NCBI RefSeq assembly: GCF_041956535.1
Contig: NW_027192195.1
Coordinates: 86,370-150,369 of the forward strand
From: Calcarisporiella thermophila CBS 279.70
Lineage: Eukaryota > Fungi > Calcarisporiellomycota
DNA length: 64,000 nt
Reading direction: 5' to 3'
This document shows, in pieces, positions 11,635 to 24,313 of this stretch. The notes under the pieces are model-generated. The model did no database searches and was not told where the DNA came from. It saw nothing but the letters and a program-made list of their open reading frames with translations. Both the position numbers and the translations under genes were made by a program. Position 1 is the first letter of the stretch. Each line of letters opens with the position of its first letter.

Positions 11635-14600
11635 ATGACTGACAATCCGACCTCTAAACCGTCGAAGACAGAATCCAAAGTAGCGGCCATTGCTCGACGA
11701 CTCTCAGCTGTTAGTAATTCTTCCGCTTCTAGCCCTACCGCAGGAACTAAACCCCTGGTGAAAAAGGTATCCTCAGCTTCCCCCACCGATGCAGTAAGGA
11801 CAACCACCACGAGGACTACGACTACAGGGACTGCGCGGGCATCTGGAACGACAGGCAGTAAGACGGTCGGGACAAAGTCGCCTACGACAGGAGTAACAAA
11901 ATCGGCAACTGGGACGACGGCTAAACGAGTCATGAGCCCAACGACCTCATCTCGCACGACGTCGACTACGCGTCCCTCCGCTGCCACAAGCACCGTGACG
12001 AGGCCAACTGCTACCTCTACCGCTGCCAAGCGGTTGTCCACCACTGTCTCCAAGCCGACGACCACCGCAGCTAAGACTCCAGCAACCGCTGCCAGTAAAC
12101 CCACCACTACGGTTCGTAAAGTCAGCTCGGCTTCCACTGCTTCAACTGGAGCAACACGCTCCTCCCTCACTGGAGTGAAGAAGCCGGCCGTGGCAAATGG
12201 AACTGGTGAGGAGGTAAAGGTTCTCAAGGAGAAAGAGGCTGAATTACAAAAGCTCTTGGCAGAGAAAGAAGAATTGCTCAAGGAACGTGACAATGAGCTG
12301 GAGCAGCTTCGTGAAAAGCTCTCTGCTGCCACCGCCCCTGAGAGCGACGAACGAGGACCCGAAATCGACAGTGAAACCGCGCGTGAGCAGGAACCCACTC
12401 CACAGCCTGAGGAAGAGAATGTGCTTATTGAGAAACACCGTGAGGAGATGGAGGCGTTGCGTGCAGAGCATGAGCGTGCTCTAGCCAATGCCGAAAGCGC
12501 AAAGGATGAGTTAATACAGAAGCACGAGGAGGAACTTCATCGGATGCGAGAGGAGCACACCGTCGAGCTGGAGCGCGTCCGTGCGGAATTGAATGAAGCA
12601 GTGGCCAACAAGTCTGCAAACGAGGAAACTTCACGACTGGAAGAGTCAAAATTCCTTGAACAGCAAGCCCTTCACCAAAAGAAGCTTGCTGAACTGAGTG
12701 CGCTCGTAGAGAAACATCGGGAGGAAATAGAGGAGGTCCGCAAGGAGCATGCCCGCGAACTTGCAAACGTCGAGGCAACTAAAGTAATGCTCGAGAAAGA
12801 GCTAGAGGACATGAAACAGCAGGCTGCTGAAGAGCACGCACAAGACCTCGAGCGGTTGCGGGAGGAGCTGGCGGGTGAGGTAACAGAGAAAGAGCAAGAG
12901 ATCTCGAACTTGCAGTCCGAGATCTCGAAGCTACAGCAGCAGGTTGAAGAGGTGCGCTCTTCTCTTGAAGAGGAGAGTCGTCAGGCGATCGAGCAGCTGA
13001 AAACCGCGCACAAGGAGGAGCTGAACCTGCTGATCGAGCAAGGCAAATCCGCTGCCGCAGAGGATGGCAAAAAGGAAAAGGAAATGCAAGAATTATTAGA
13101 GAGCACGGAGAAGAAATGGATGGAAGCAGAAGAGGGCTTGAAGGCATTGGCCGAAAAACACGCCCAGGAGCTCAAGGATATGTCCGAGCAGCATGAGCAG
13201 CTGGTGGCCACTCTGAAAAATGAACACGCTGGATTGCTCGAGGCCGAAGTCACGAGAGCACGAGAAGAAATTGAGAACCTTAAGTCGAGCCACGAAGCAG
13301 CGATCCAAGAGAGGTCCATCACGGCTGAAAATGCAGTGCGGGATGCCTTCGAGCAAGAAAAGGCGGAGCTGGAGACTAAGTTGAGAGAAGAGCACGAAAA
13401 TGCCCTGATTGAACTCAATGCGCAGCATGAAAAGGCCCTTGCCGAACTCGCATCTCAGCATCAGGCTGCTCTAGATGCCCTCCGTTCTGAGCATGCTAGC
13501 GAACTTCAAACCGCCCTTGAGAGGCACGCCTCGCAGATAGAGGCCTTGTCCTCGGAGCACGCTGCCGAGCTCGAGAGTGTACGTAGGGAGTTGACCGAAA
13601 ACCATGAAGCGGCACTCAATTCAGCTCGTAAAGATCTCGAGGAGGAGGTTCAACGCCTTCAGGAAGAAATCAAACTCCTTCAGACCGAAGCCCCTAAAAC
13701 AGATGCCGATGCAATTGCCAGAATCACAGCAGAGCGCGACACACTTCAAGAAAAGCTTGCGGGCACAGAGGGAATGCTCGAGAAGCTCAAGGACGAGCTT
13801 CAAACCGTTCAGGCACTCTATGAAGAGGAGCTCGAGGGATTGAGGGTGAAACATGCTGACGAAATCAAGACTTTGATGGATGGAACACAGCAAGCTATGG
13901 AGACGAAGAATGCGGAGATGCGAAAGTTGGAACAACGCTTGGTAGAGGCCGAGAAGCCGACCGAGAGCGAAAACTGGGAGCAGAAGTATAAGGAAGCGTT
14001 AGAGGTAAATCATATATTCTAAGGGACTCGAGAGCTTTCATATTCACCGAATTTACTCCTCCATATCTAGGCACACTCGTCAGAAATAGAAATGATCACT
14101 GCAAGCAAGAATCAGGCTATTACTACTCTTGAGCAAGATTTCAGTGCTAAGCAAAGCGAAATGGAAAAGCGTTATCTCTCTAAACTTGAAGAGCTCGGAA
14201 GCGAGCTCGATGCGATGAAGAAGGAACAGGCTGCTCAGGGAGATGTTGAGTCTGTAGTTGCCTTGCGGGTACGAGAGTTGGATGAAGAGCATCGTAGAGA
14301 GATTGGGGTGCTGCAGAAGCAATTCGAAGAGTTGTCAACCCTGAAAGATAAGGAAATCGAGGATCTGTCCAGGCTGCTCAAAGAACACCAGCAAAAACAA
14401 CAATTGGACGCAGCGACCGCAGAGACGACGCAGCAACTGGAGCAGCGTGTGGCAGATGTCGAGAGCCAGTTGAATAAGAAGCAGATGGAGCTCAAGTGGC
14501 TTGAGGAGGAGAACGATCAACTGGAGGGCAAACTCGATGCCGAGAGGACAAAGACGGAGACTATTCAGCAAGATAATCTGCAGCTGCGAAGGGAGAATGA

Positions 14601-14661
14601 GGCACTGTTGAAATTGGTCGATCAGTTGCAGGGAGAAATCCAACAATCTACTCGCGCTTAA
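11635..14661 (+). CDS. Large coiled-coil protein with basic Ser/Thr/Lys-rich N-terminus (986 aa)
   Basis: ORF 11635-14004 joins 14071-14661 through a GTAAAT..TAG intron. About 190 aa of disordered T/S/K/A-rich sequence precede an E/L/K-rich coiled coil. No specific orthologue recognised. Confidence 0.8.
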
Positions 14662-15292
14662 TCCTTATACACTAATACACTCTATGGTTGTTATTCGGTG
14701 GATAAAAATCAGTGGGTTTAATTCTATATCTCTCCTCCCTTTTCATCCTTATCATCCTCCCTCCCATGTTATCCCTTCTTCTCTCCTATCAATATATACA
14801 ATATTCTCTTATTTTTTTTGTTTTTTAGCATAAGCATATAATACGATATAATCCTAAAGAATCTTTACTAGCATTTTTTTTCCCCACTAAAATATGATAT
14901 GCTTTTTTTGCTTATAATTTATGTCAAGAACTTTTACCTGCTCAAACATCATATATGACTGACCACTGTAAATATACGGGAGTGACCACACAGTCATGTT
15001 GAATATCGGTTTTAACCAGAGACCTTTTTTAAGTTTTAATATTCAAAAAAAGGGGCTTAGCCTTTTTTAATTCATGAAAATTCCATCCTGTATTAGAGCC
15101 AATGCATGGATATCCAATATGCAAATAAACAATTTAAATCTTCACCGGCTTGCTAGATTTTTTCATGGGTGGCAATGATAGAAGCACTATTCGTAAAATT
15201 TCTATTTTTTTGATTTTTTTTATCCTGTTTACAATTTCTTGACAAAGATATCTACAATCACATACAACCATACGGTACTCTCTTATAAGAAA

Positions 15293-15779
15293 ATGTCGCG
15301 CTATTTGCCTTCCCCACAAGTCGTTGTTCTTGGCAACACACCCCCGAATACTGTTACTACAATTTTGCGGTCCGGGTATGGGGTGCGCGTAATATTGAAG
15401 ACAGATCTTGATTACGAATCCATGGCTGGAGTGCTAAGAGGTAAATAGTCAAAGACGCGATTATAATTGCTTCTCCTTTGGTTCCATGCTCAATCGATTT
15501 ATCAATCTAGGTGTCGAGTTTGTCATTGCACCAACACCCACACCCTTGCTAGAGCGCGTCGCCCAAGAATTGGGCGTGCCCGTACATCGCGAGTTCACAC
15601 CCGTCAAAGTGCGAAGAATGTCTTGGAGGTGGAGTCGTGCTGATAATATTGGTAAGGTGTATAAATGGATGTCTCGTACATTATATTTAGATTCCTTATG
15701 ATATACATCCTTAGCTATTCCGAGCACTTTTCACCATGGTCGCAATGACGAGGTTAAGAAGCGATATTCTATTTGTTGA
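15293..15779 (+). CDS. Small hypothetical protein (about 117 aa)
   Basis: Exons 15293-15440, 15511-15651 and 15715-15779 have canonical GT-AG sites and join in frame (354 nt). The exons are GC-richer than the flanks. Confidence 0.6.
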
Positions 15780-16105
15780 TAATTTATAAATATTAGTATA
15801 TAGGCACAGTATCGTTTTTGTCACTTTTTTGTTATTCTTGTATATATTCTACTTAATTGTTAATAGTTGGTTTTTTCTATTTAATAAAAGTGTATCTTCG
15901 AAATATTATTAATCTTGGTTACAAGAGGAACGACTTTAGAGCTAAGCCATGATTTCCTCATTGCGGCCAATCGTTTGGAAGGATTTGGGGAAACATCGAG
16001 CGGGCAAGGGTGGGAAAGTCAACAATACTTCGACAGTTCCGCGTTTCGTTCATTTTTAACATCTATTTCTAATCTTTTTTCCCCCTCCCTCTAAACAACT
16101 TCAAG

Positions 16106-17766
16106 ATGTTCCGGTCTCTCAAGGTCGCTGCCAATTTAGCCAGCCGTATGGTAATTCATCTCCTAAATTTCAATCTTCATTATATATTTCCTTTTATTGT
16201 TTATGTTGGAATCGATAGAGTAGAATTCATTCGCTAATCTATTGACCAATATAGCCTGTTGCTAAGCCCAATGTGCAACAAAAGCGCTTCCTCGCCATTC
16301 ATGAGTATCTCTCTCAGCAGCTGATGAATCAGTACGGAGTCAAGACTCCCCGTGGTATTGTTGCGAAGACTGCTGATGAAGCTTTTGAGGCAGCGAAAAA
16401 ACTTGGTAGGTGATGATGTGGATTATTGGGACGTTAGAAATGTTGATTCACGTCTGGTTATTTTTTTTCCTCGTCACCGTGTGATTATTAGGCACTGATG
16501 ATATGGTCATCAAGGCCCAGGTGTTGGCAGGAGGTCGCGGTAAAGGTGTTTTCGACAGTGGTCTCAAGGGTGGTGTTAAGCTTATCTACTCGTAAGTTTT
16601 GTGCTTCCTGTTTTTTCAGCTTTATTGATTTATTTTGTGGAAATATCAGCTGTATATATTCGATTCATTTTTTTCTTTGTAAAATAGTCCAGAAGAGGCC
16701 AAAGAACTTGCATCCAAAATGCTTGGCCATAGGCTCATTACAAAGCAAACCGGTGCCCAGGGCAAGCTATGCAATGCAGTGTACATCTGTGAACGCAAGT
16801 ATGCGCGTCGTGAGTACTACTTTGCCATCCTTATGGATCGCAAGACTCAGCGCCCTGTCATTGTTGCCTCAAGCCAAGGCGGTGTTGATATTGAAGGAGT
16901 CGCAGCCGAGAACCCGGAGGCAATCCTGACTCTGCCCGTGGATATTAACACTGGTTTGCGCCCTGAGGATGCTCGTGATCTTGCGAAGCGCCTAGGGTTC
17001 TCTCCCAAGGGCATCGACCAGGCTGCTGATGCCATGCTGAACCTCTACCGCCTCTTCCGCGAAAAGGATGCGACCCAGGTTGAAATTAATCCCATGTCGG
17101 AGACTCCGGACCATGAGGTGCTGTGCATGGATGCCAAGTTGAACTTCGATGACAACGCGGACTTCAGACAAAAGGAAGTGTTTGCCCTCCGCGACACAAC
17201 CCAGGAGGATCCTCGTGAGGTCAAGGCGCACGAGGCCAACTTGAACTACATTGGACTCGACGGAAACATAGGCTGTCTGGTAAACGGAGCCGGTCTTGCT
17301 ATGGCTACAATGGACGTCATCAAGCTCAATGGGGGTAAGTCCTCAGTCTCTTTGTTGTCTGAGTCAGTATCCACTCACCCTTTGGAAATGCGTATATTTA
17401 GGTGAACCTGCTAACTTCCTTGACTGCGGAGGTAACGCCACTGCTGAGCAGGTCAAGTCCGCCTTCGAATTGATCACCTCGGACCCCTCGGTCAACGCTG
17501 TGTTCGTCAACATCTTCGGAGGTATCCTTCGGTGTGATGTCATCGCCCAAGGAATCATTGCCGCTGCCAAGGAGTTGGATATGCGGGTCCCGCTGGTGGT
17601 TCGCCTCAAGGGCACGAACGTGGAAGAGGCCAAGAGGCTAATCAACGAGTCATCTCTGCGCATTTTTGCTGTCGATGATTTAGACGAGGCGGCCAAGAAG
17701 TCAGTGCAGCTTGCAAATATCATTGCACTCGGAAAACAGGCGGGCGTGAACGTGTCTTTCAACTAG
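16106..17766 (+). CDS. LSC2: Succinyl-CoA ligase beta subunit, mitochondrial
   Basis: [59 protein letters not shown] and [10 protein letters not shown]. Four introns. Confidence 0.96.
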
Positions 17767-18213
17767 ATTGTTTTATTTTATTATAAAAATGAAAATTATT
17801 CTTATAAATATAAATATATATATACATCCGCATATATATATATTTTACTTTGTTATCGCCTTTTTGTTTTCGTACAAAATCAAATAAATCCTACCTATTA
17901 CCATTACCACAATATTTTTTTTCCGCTGGCATTATTTTCATTGGTAAAGAAACGTCATGTTGAAAAAAAAAATAAGAGAAATGAAAATCACACATTTATC
18001 ACTTTCATACAATATATCAGAAAAGCATCTACTGATAAAAGAGAAAAATATTAAAACAAAGAGGAGAAAATCACACACAAAAAAAAAAAGCATTCAGAAC
18101 GCAAAACAAAAAAGATAAATGCGTATGTTTATATATATATATTAATTGTTTACACAATATTTCAGTTCACGGCCCCGTACTCAATTTGTATTGATTAATA
18201 ACTCACTGCTCCA

Positions 18214-19615
18214 TTATAACCCTCTAGGGCCCCCGTATCCCGTCTCCTTTCCCCGGTACCCATAAGCAGCACCGGCCAAACCCTGCGGTGTTGCTTTCAC
18301 TTGGCTGCGTAAGATTCGATCCGTTGCCACCGGAGGCATCGCATTTGGATCCGCAACTACTCGTCGGCCACTTGTTACTACGGGACGGTTGCCCGCCGTG
18401 CGTACCATCTGGGGCTGACTAGGCTGCCGTCTCACTCCTGCTGATGTTTCGTTATGTACCTGGCGAGATAGGGGTATTCCATTTCCTGCTCCTCCCGCAC
18501 CCCCCGCAACGCCTGCTTGCATCCCGCCCGCAGCCGAAGATTGACTCTCCGACGCTTTGCCTTCTAGCTTCATCACCGTCCAGTCGAACACGTAATCATA
18601 CTGGAATCCCTCACGTACAAACAAATCGCGGAAGAGTTTTCTCAAGTAGCTATAGTCGGGCTTGTCATCGAAACGTAGCGATCGTGCATAATTAAGATAA
18701 ATAACAAATTCGTTTGGGAACCCACGGCAAAGCACCTCCGCAGGTGTGGTCATCTTCTTCTCCATGATCCGATCATATTTCTGCTTCTTGGTGGTGGCTT
18801 TCAATCCCTGCCATGGGAGAGATCCGCGCAAAAAGTACATCAGCACATATCCTAGAGATTCAAGATCGTCGCGACGCGATTGCTCGACCCCTAGATGCGT
18901 GTTGATGGAAGCATAGCGAGCTGTACCAGTCAGGTTCTTATTCTCGCGATAAGGAATATGCAAGTGTGTCTTCGGATCGCGGTAGCGTTTTGCAAGCCCA
19001 AAGTCAATCACATTCACCTGGTTTCCGCGCTTACCAATTCCCATTAGAAAGTTGTCTGGCTTAATGTCGCGATGAAGGAAGTTTTTGGAATGGATATACT
19101 CGATGCGTGATATCTAATAACAGAGTACACTCATTAGTATTTGTAAGAATATGATATGGGCCATTTACTCTAGGCTATGAGCGAAGACTTACCAATTGAT
19201 CAGCGAGAAGCAGAACCGTCTTCAGTGAAAACTTCCTTCCACAAAAGTTGAACAGATCTTCCAAGGAAGGGCCTAGCAAGTCCATCACCATGCAATTAAA
19301 ATCTTTCTCTGTCCCGTACCAGCGCACAAACGGGATGCCAACGCCACCAGCAAGAATTTTGTACACTTTTGTTTCGTAATCAAGCTGTGGGTGTCGAGAA
19401 CGTACAGATTCGAGTTTCACAGCGACCTCCTCGCCATTGTAAATGTTAACACCCAAATAGATGTCGCCAAAGGATCCTGAGCCAACCTTCCGACCTAAAC
19501 GATATTTGTTTCCTAAAATTCATGACAAGTTAGAGCCTTTGAATTTGCAGGAAAGTATAATAAAACTACAATAAAAAGTCGACTTACCAACATGCAGTTC
19601 AAGCGTGTTCGACAT
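18214..19615 (-). CDS. HRR25: Casein kinase I (delta/epsilon, Hrr25/Hhp1 type)
   Basis: [63 protein letters not shown] and [10 protein letters not shown]. Two introns. Confidence 0.95.
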
Positions 19616-20189
19616 AGTATAAACGACAAGGAAGGGAAAATAGAGTCGATCGCAAAAGAAAAAAAAATAAAAGAGCAAAAAAAAAAAAATCTCAGGCAAT
19701 TAAAAGCAAAAGAAAAACGGTGGCAGAATCTGAAAGAGAATTTATAAATATACACTAGATTTTTAAAAAAATTATGTCGTTTGAGCTAAATAACCACCCT
19801 GAAAGAATCAATAAAATAAAAATGGAGAAAGAAAATGGAAAAAGAAAAAAGAAATGGAAAGTGTGAAAAAAACTACCAAAATTACAATCCTCTTCGGACG
19901 TAATAGAATCGTTAATTAAAATAAGTTATGAATAGATTTGCAGAGAGAAAGCGAAAAGGGAGAGTAAGAAAGATTGAGATGTTGGCCGGATTAGTGTGGA
20001 AATTAATAAGATGGGAAAGTAAGAAGTAAAATAGAGAGACTAAGTGGGTAATTTTGGTCGAATAATTTAATGCCAACCTAACCTAGAGCAATTATTCAGA
20101 CATTTTCAAAAAATAGCTTGTATTTTAAAATGGGCAGCTAATGAGAGGAGATAACAAAAATAAAACAAGAAATAGCAATGGATAAATAT

Positions 20190-21461
20190 TTAGTACTCCT
20201 TTAGCAACCTCATCACACTTTCAAACATCAAGATGGCACTAGCATTTGTAGGGAATGCGCGCAATATACAGGGGAGAAATCCGCGATAGAATCCTCGAAA
20301 ACCTTCCATTCGCTTAACCTCGCGGGCGCACGCTACTATGGATGGGTAGCGTAGAGGACGAGTATCTGGCTGGGTCATTATTCTATTTTTAACCACATCT
20401 AGAGCAAAGATGCTTTAGTATGCAAATTTGAGTGTGTTTACAACAATGTTGGGTGGGACATACCTGCCGGAAAAGAGCCGAGCCAGAAGAAATTGGCGGC
20501 CATTCCACCGGCTAGAAAGTTGATCAGCGGTTCACTGAACTGGGTATGAGAGCGCATGCCGCGAACCATCACTTCATAGCTACTCCAGTATACAAAAAAC
20601 CAAGACCGAAAAAGAAGTGTCGCACTCAACCCTTTCCAAAGGCCTTTGATTCCATTATTGCGTATCTAATTTCCAACTATATAAATGATAGGTAACTTTC
20701 AAATATCAAATACTCTTACTCACGAGCTGCCTTGCACAATCAATTGGCCCATTATATTGTTTCGTGCTTGCATCATATTGTACTTGGAGTCGTGCTTTAA
20801 CCTGCTCAATCGGTGCGGCAATGAAACTTACGGTACATCCAGCTCCTAAGCCGGCCAGCCCGTGTTCAAAAATGGAGAGTTTATGTGTAGGGTCACCACC
20901 CTGAAGGAGAAGGCGATAATTGTGCAGCGAGCCAAGCCTATTTTTAATGAGTTGAGTATGCTCTCGTCGGAATGATTCAAATAAAATGTTTACATTAAAG
21001 AATCCATAAACATCCAACCTATTCAATATAAACCAACAATTAGCTAATGAAGATTTTCATGAATGGATTGTTTTCTTACCTACTAGCGGGGGGGTTGCCC
21101 CCTTGTACACTGCAAAGAACCCTTCCTAATTATATCGATATCTCAATCTTGATAAGAAATAAAATGTGAATGTAGAAGCTCTAAGGTACCTTTCTTACTG
21201 TCGTAACGAGGCAATGAAGAGGGCCTTTGAATCTCCCTTCTGACACTCCCGAAGTCTGTAAACGCACTTTGATGGTATCTAATCGCAACAACATAGTTAA
21301 TTTCAGCTTAGCGATATGATAGACACTCGCTATACATAAGCTTATATACCAAATGGATGCCCGACAATGAGCTTCGTGATGCCACTAGCAACTCCGGCCA
21401 TGAATCCATTCAAACGGTGCCGGAAGCTTGCCTTCCTCTCTTGCTCTGCTATATCCATCAT
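20190..21461 (-). CDS. Mitochondrial carrier family protein (carnitine/acylcarnitine or basic amino acid carrier-like)
   Basis: Three Px[DE]xx[KR] signatures (HPFDTIKVRLQ, APIEQVKARLQ, FPADVVKNRIM), plus YKGATPPLVG and FYRGFLPCILRAFPTNA. Multi-exon, including a 25-nt micro-exon. Confidence 0.92.
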
Positions 21462-22928
21462 AAGAAAACAGGGCAACTGCAATGGAAAATTCATTACCTT
21501 ACCTATTTGCATTAATTTATATTAATTTATTGCAAAAGCTATAAAGTTGTTCTAGATATATGCAAAGAGACCCGAAACTCTATTCAAATCTATCTCTCCT
21601 ATAATTCGTAGTTTCAAATTGTCGACTATGTGCAAATATGAATCAAATCTATCCCATAAACCAAGATAACTGTCATGGGACGGCCAACTGAAATTCGGTG
21701 TTAGAATTCTTAAAATGATTAGATTTAGATATAGATTAAATTGAGCACTTTATCAACTTTTCAATTTTATATTACTAGGTTATAATAATTATATAGTGTA
21801 TGTAGTTCTTCTATATTTAGCTCGTCAAAGAAGGAATATGGCATGTACTGATGAGGAAAATTGGTTTATAGAGAAAAGCAACTGTATATATTGACCAGTT
21901 TTAATTAATCACAACAGTGTATAACACTACTAGTTCGATGCTTATCAATGCCTCAAAATATGCACTTTGAATAAACCACTACCCGAAATCCATAAATTCA
22001 AACCTATTTTTCCATATAAAGCTCTTTATCGATGTAAAGGATAAGTCCATACTAAAGCGTATTATGTCGTTGCTATTTTAGATTTAAGCCCATAGATTCT
22101 AATAGGAATCACGAGGACAAAATTTGATTAGGTGACCTGATATTTATTTATAAATTAGTTCCCAGTAAACACCGCCACCTTTGACGTTTCTCAGGTTGAA
22201 AAAATTGTTTACTGCTGGTGTCCACGGTGGGTTAGTTTCGAAGGGACTGGATGCTCTCGACTTCGGTAGAGATCCAGAACATTCGGAAAAGTGTGAAAAG
22301 GGCTCCTCGCTTATATTAATTTGAAGGTCCCAAAATATTACAGGATAATCCTATAATATTTTGGGAATAGTTGTTTGAGTCTATAAAAGTCTCTGGATTT
22401 CTCTAGTGAATACCCTTAAAATATGCACCCGATTTACATAGAATTAACGTAATTAAGTCTAGCCTTAGAAAGAAAATGATGCGAATGCAGATTTCTTTAA
22501 TTGAAAAGTCATGTCAACAGTATTTTAAATTGATTCTCCATTACTCAATGTAGCTCTAAGCCATTGCTAGATCTTATTTTAGCTAGCGGGACACTGTCTA
22601 CGAGGTTGAGATGGTAAGTCTAGAAAGCTAAATATAAAATAATCCGTCAGAGCCGTGAACTATTCTCTCACGTATCATTGAGTCGCTCTATTGTTGATCA
22701 TTCCATAATCAATATCCTCTGGGCGTTTTCAATCCTTCTAATTGCTCGATTTGATTCTCAACTGTTGAGTATTTCGCAGAAGCCTAGGCCATCGAGGGTA
22801 TTTGTTAAAACAATTAATGTAAGAAAGAAGAAACGCGTAAATTTAAAATACAACGGCTGCACTCATTATTTGATAGAATAAAAACAGTCGCTTCGTTGCT
22901 TTTTCTCAAAACTGTAGTATTCCTCACC

Positions 22929-24081
22929 ATGGTCAAATATCGGCTTCTCATTGTTGCTATTTCGCTGGCCTTACTACCTCTTGCAAGCCCACGCTCTCAT
23001 GATGGGCTAGGAGGTAAACTGACTTTCTGGTTTTGCTCTTATCCTGACTTACCAAATTCAACCTATAGAAGTAACAAGCAGAGATTCGATTCCCGGTACT
23101 AAACATACTCCAGCCCAGCCACCGGTGGCAACTCAACCTCCCTCGGGTACACCAGCAACAACACCTGTTCCGAAACCAGAGATCCCTTCAAAACCAGAAG
23201 AAGAAACTAAGAAGCAGCCATCGGGTGCGCCAAACAAGCCTGAAAATGAAGACGCGAAAGATAATGAAGACGCAAAAGATAATGAAGATACTAAAGATAA
23301 GGGAGACGAAAAAGGAGATAAAAAAGATGCAGCTGGAAGAGGAGAAAATGACGAGGTAGAGGAGGGAAAAAAGCATGAAGATGGATTAGGAAGACATGCG
23401 GAAGAAGATGAGGAAACTCAAGAAAGCGATGATGAATACCACGGGGGACGTGAAAGCAATGAGGAAGAAAATGAGGAAAATGAGAATAATCGACAGAATG
23501 GTGAAGGTGATAATGAATCTGAACAAAGGCAGGAAGATGACGAGCAGGAAGAAGAGGAAGAGGAAGGTGAAGAAAGCGAGAGTAAAGAGGAGGAGGAGGA
23601 AGAGGAGGCAGGGGCAGACGACATGGGCAATAAGAAATGGACTGAGGATAATAATGATAGCGACGAGATCGGGACTCATACAACCATACCTGTCTCCGAA
23701 CCAAGCGGTAGCCCATCCCCAAATAACCAGGGCGAATCTTCTACTGCGCAAAAATACGATAGCCCTATATCGCCTAAAAAACCTGGTGAATATCCTGGTG
23801 GCTCGCCTTCTGCTAATACTCTTCCACCACTTGCGTCTCCAACTATTGAAAATCGCCAAGGTGCTGCAGCTAGTATGCCCCCTAATGGCAACAATATATC
23901 GCAAACTATCCTACCACAACAAACCCTAAGTACCATCCCACTTACGCACCATAGCACATCCATTCCCTCCAGTAGATCCTCTGTTTTCTTCAATAATACA
24001 TTTTCTGATGCCGCGTCACTGAAGGAGCGAGGGACAGCAATAATTGTGTTAGGGGCAAGTCTTCTATTAGGAAATATTTAA
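22929..24081 (+). CDS. Secreted, probably GPI-anchored, acidic low-complexity surface protein (365 aa)
   Basis: Signal peptide MVKYRLLIVAISLALLPLAS, intron 23014-23068, E/D-rich core, S/P/T-rich stalk and hydrophobic C-terminus (SDAASLKERGTAIIVLGASLLLGNI). Confidence 0.75.
23245..23298 (+). repeat. Coding 18-bp tandem repeat x3 (NEDAKD)
   Basis: AATGAAGACGCGAAAGAT AATGAAGACGCAAAAGAT AATGAAGATACTAAAGAT. Confidence 0.85.
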
Positions 24082-24313
24082 ATGCGAGACTAATACTTCA
24101 ACATTGTTATATATGCGATATGCAACATTATCTTTGCTATAAATATACACGCACAAACACATTTATTTCATTCTCTATGATGGATATGCCTTATAGAATA
24201 TGCGATTTTTTAATAAAGGCACATATAAGGACAGTCACAAATATTGTTTATTTTGATTTCTTAATATTTAGCTAGCAGAGGGTTTGCTTGGAGTAAGCGC
24301 GCTAAACTTCATT

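Noticed and set aside
11625-12488. 287-aa Val-rich antisense ORF
   Set aside because: It is the mirror of the Thr-rich coding strand (ACN codons read as Val).
21846-21885. CTGATGAG...GAAA resembling a hammerhead ribozyme core
   Set aside because: No pairable stem II or flanking stems.
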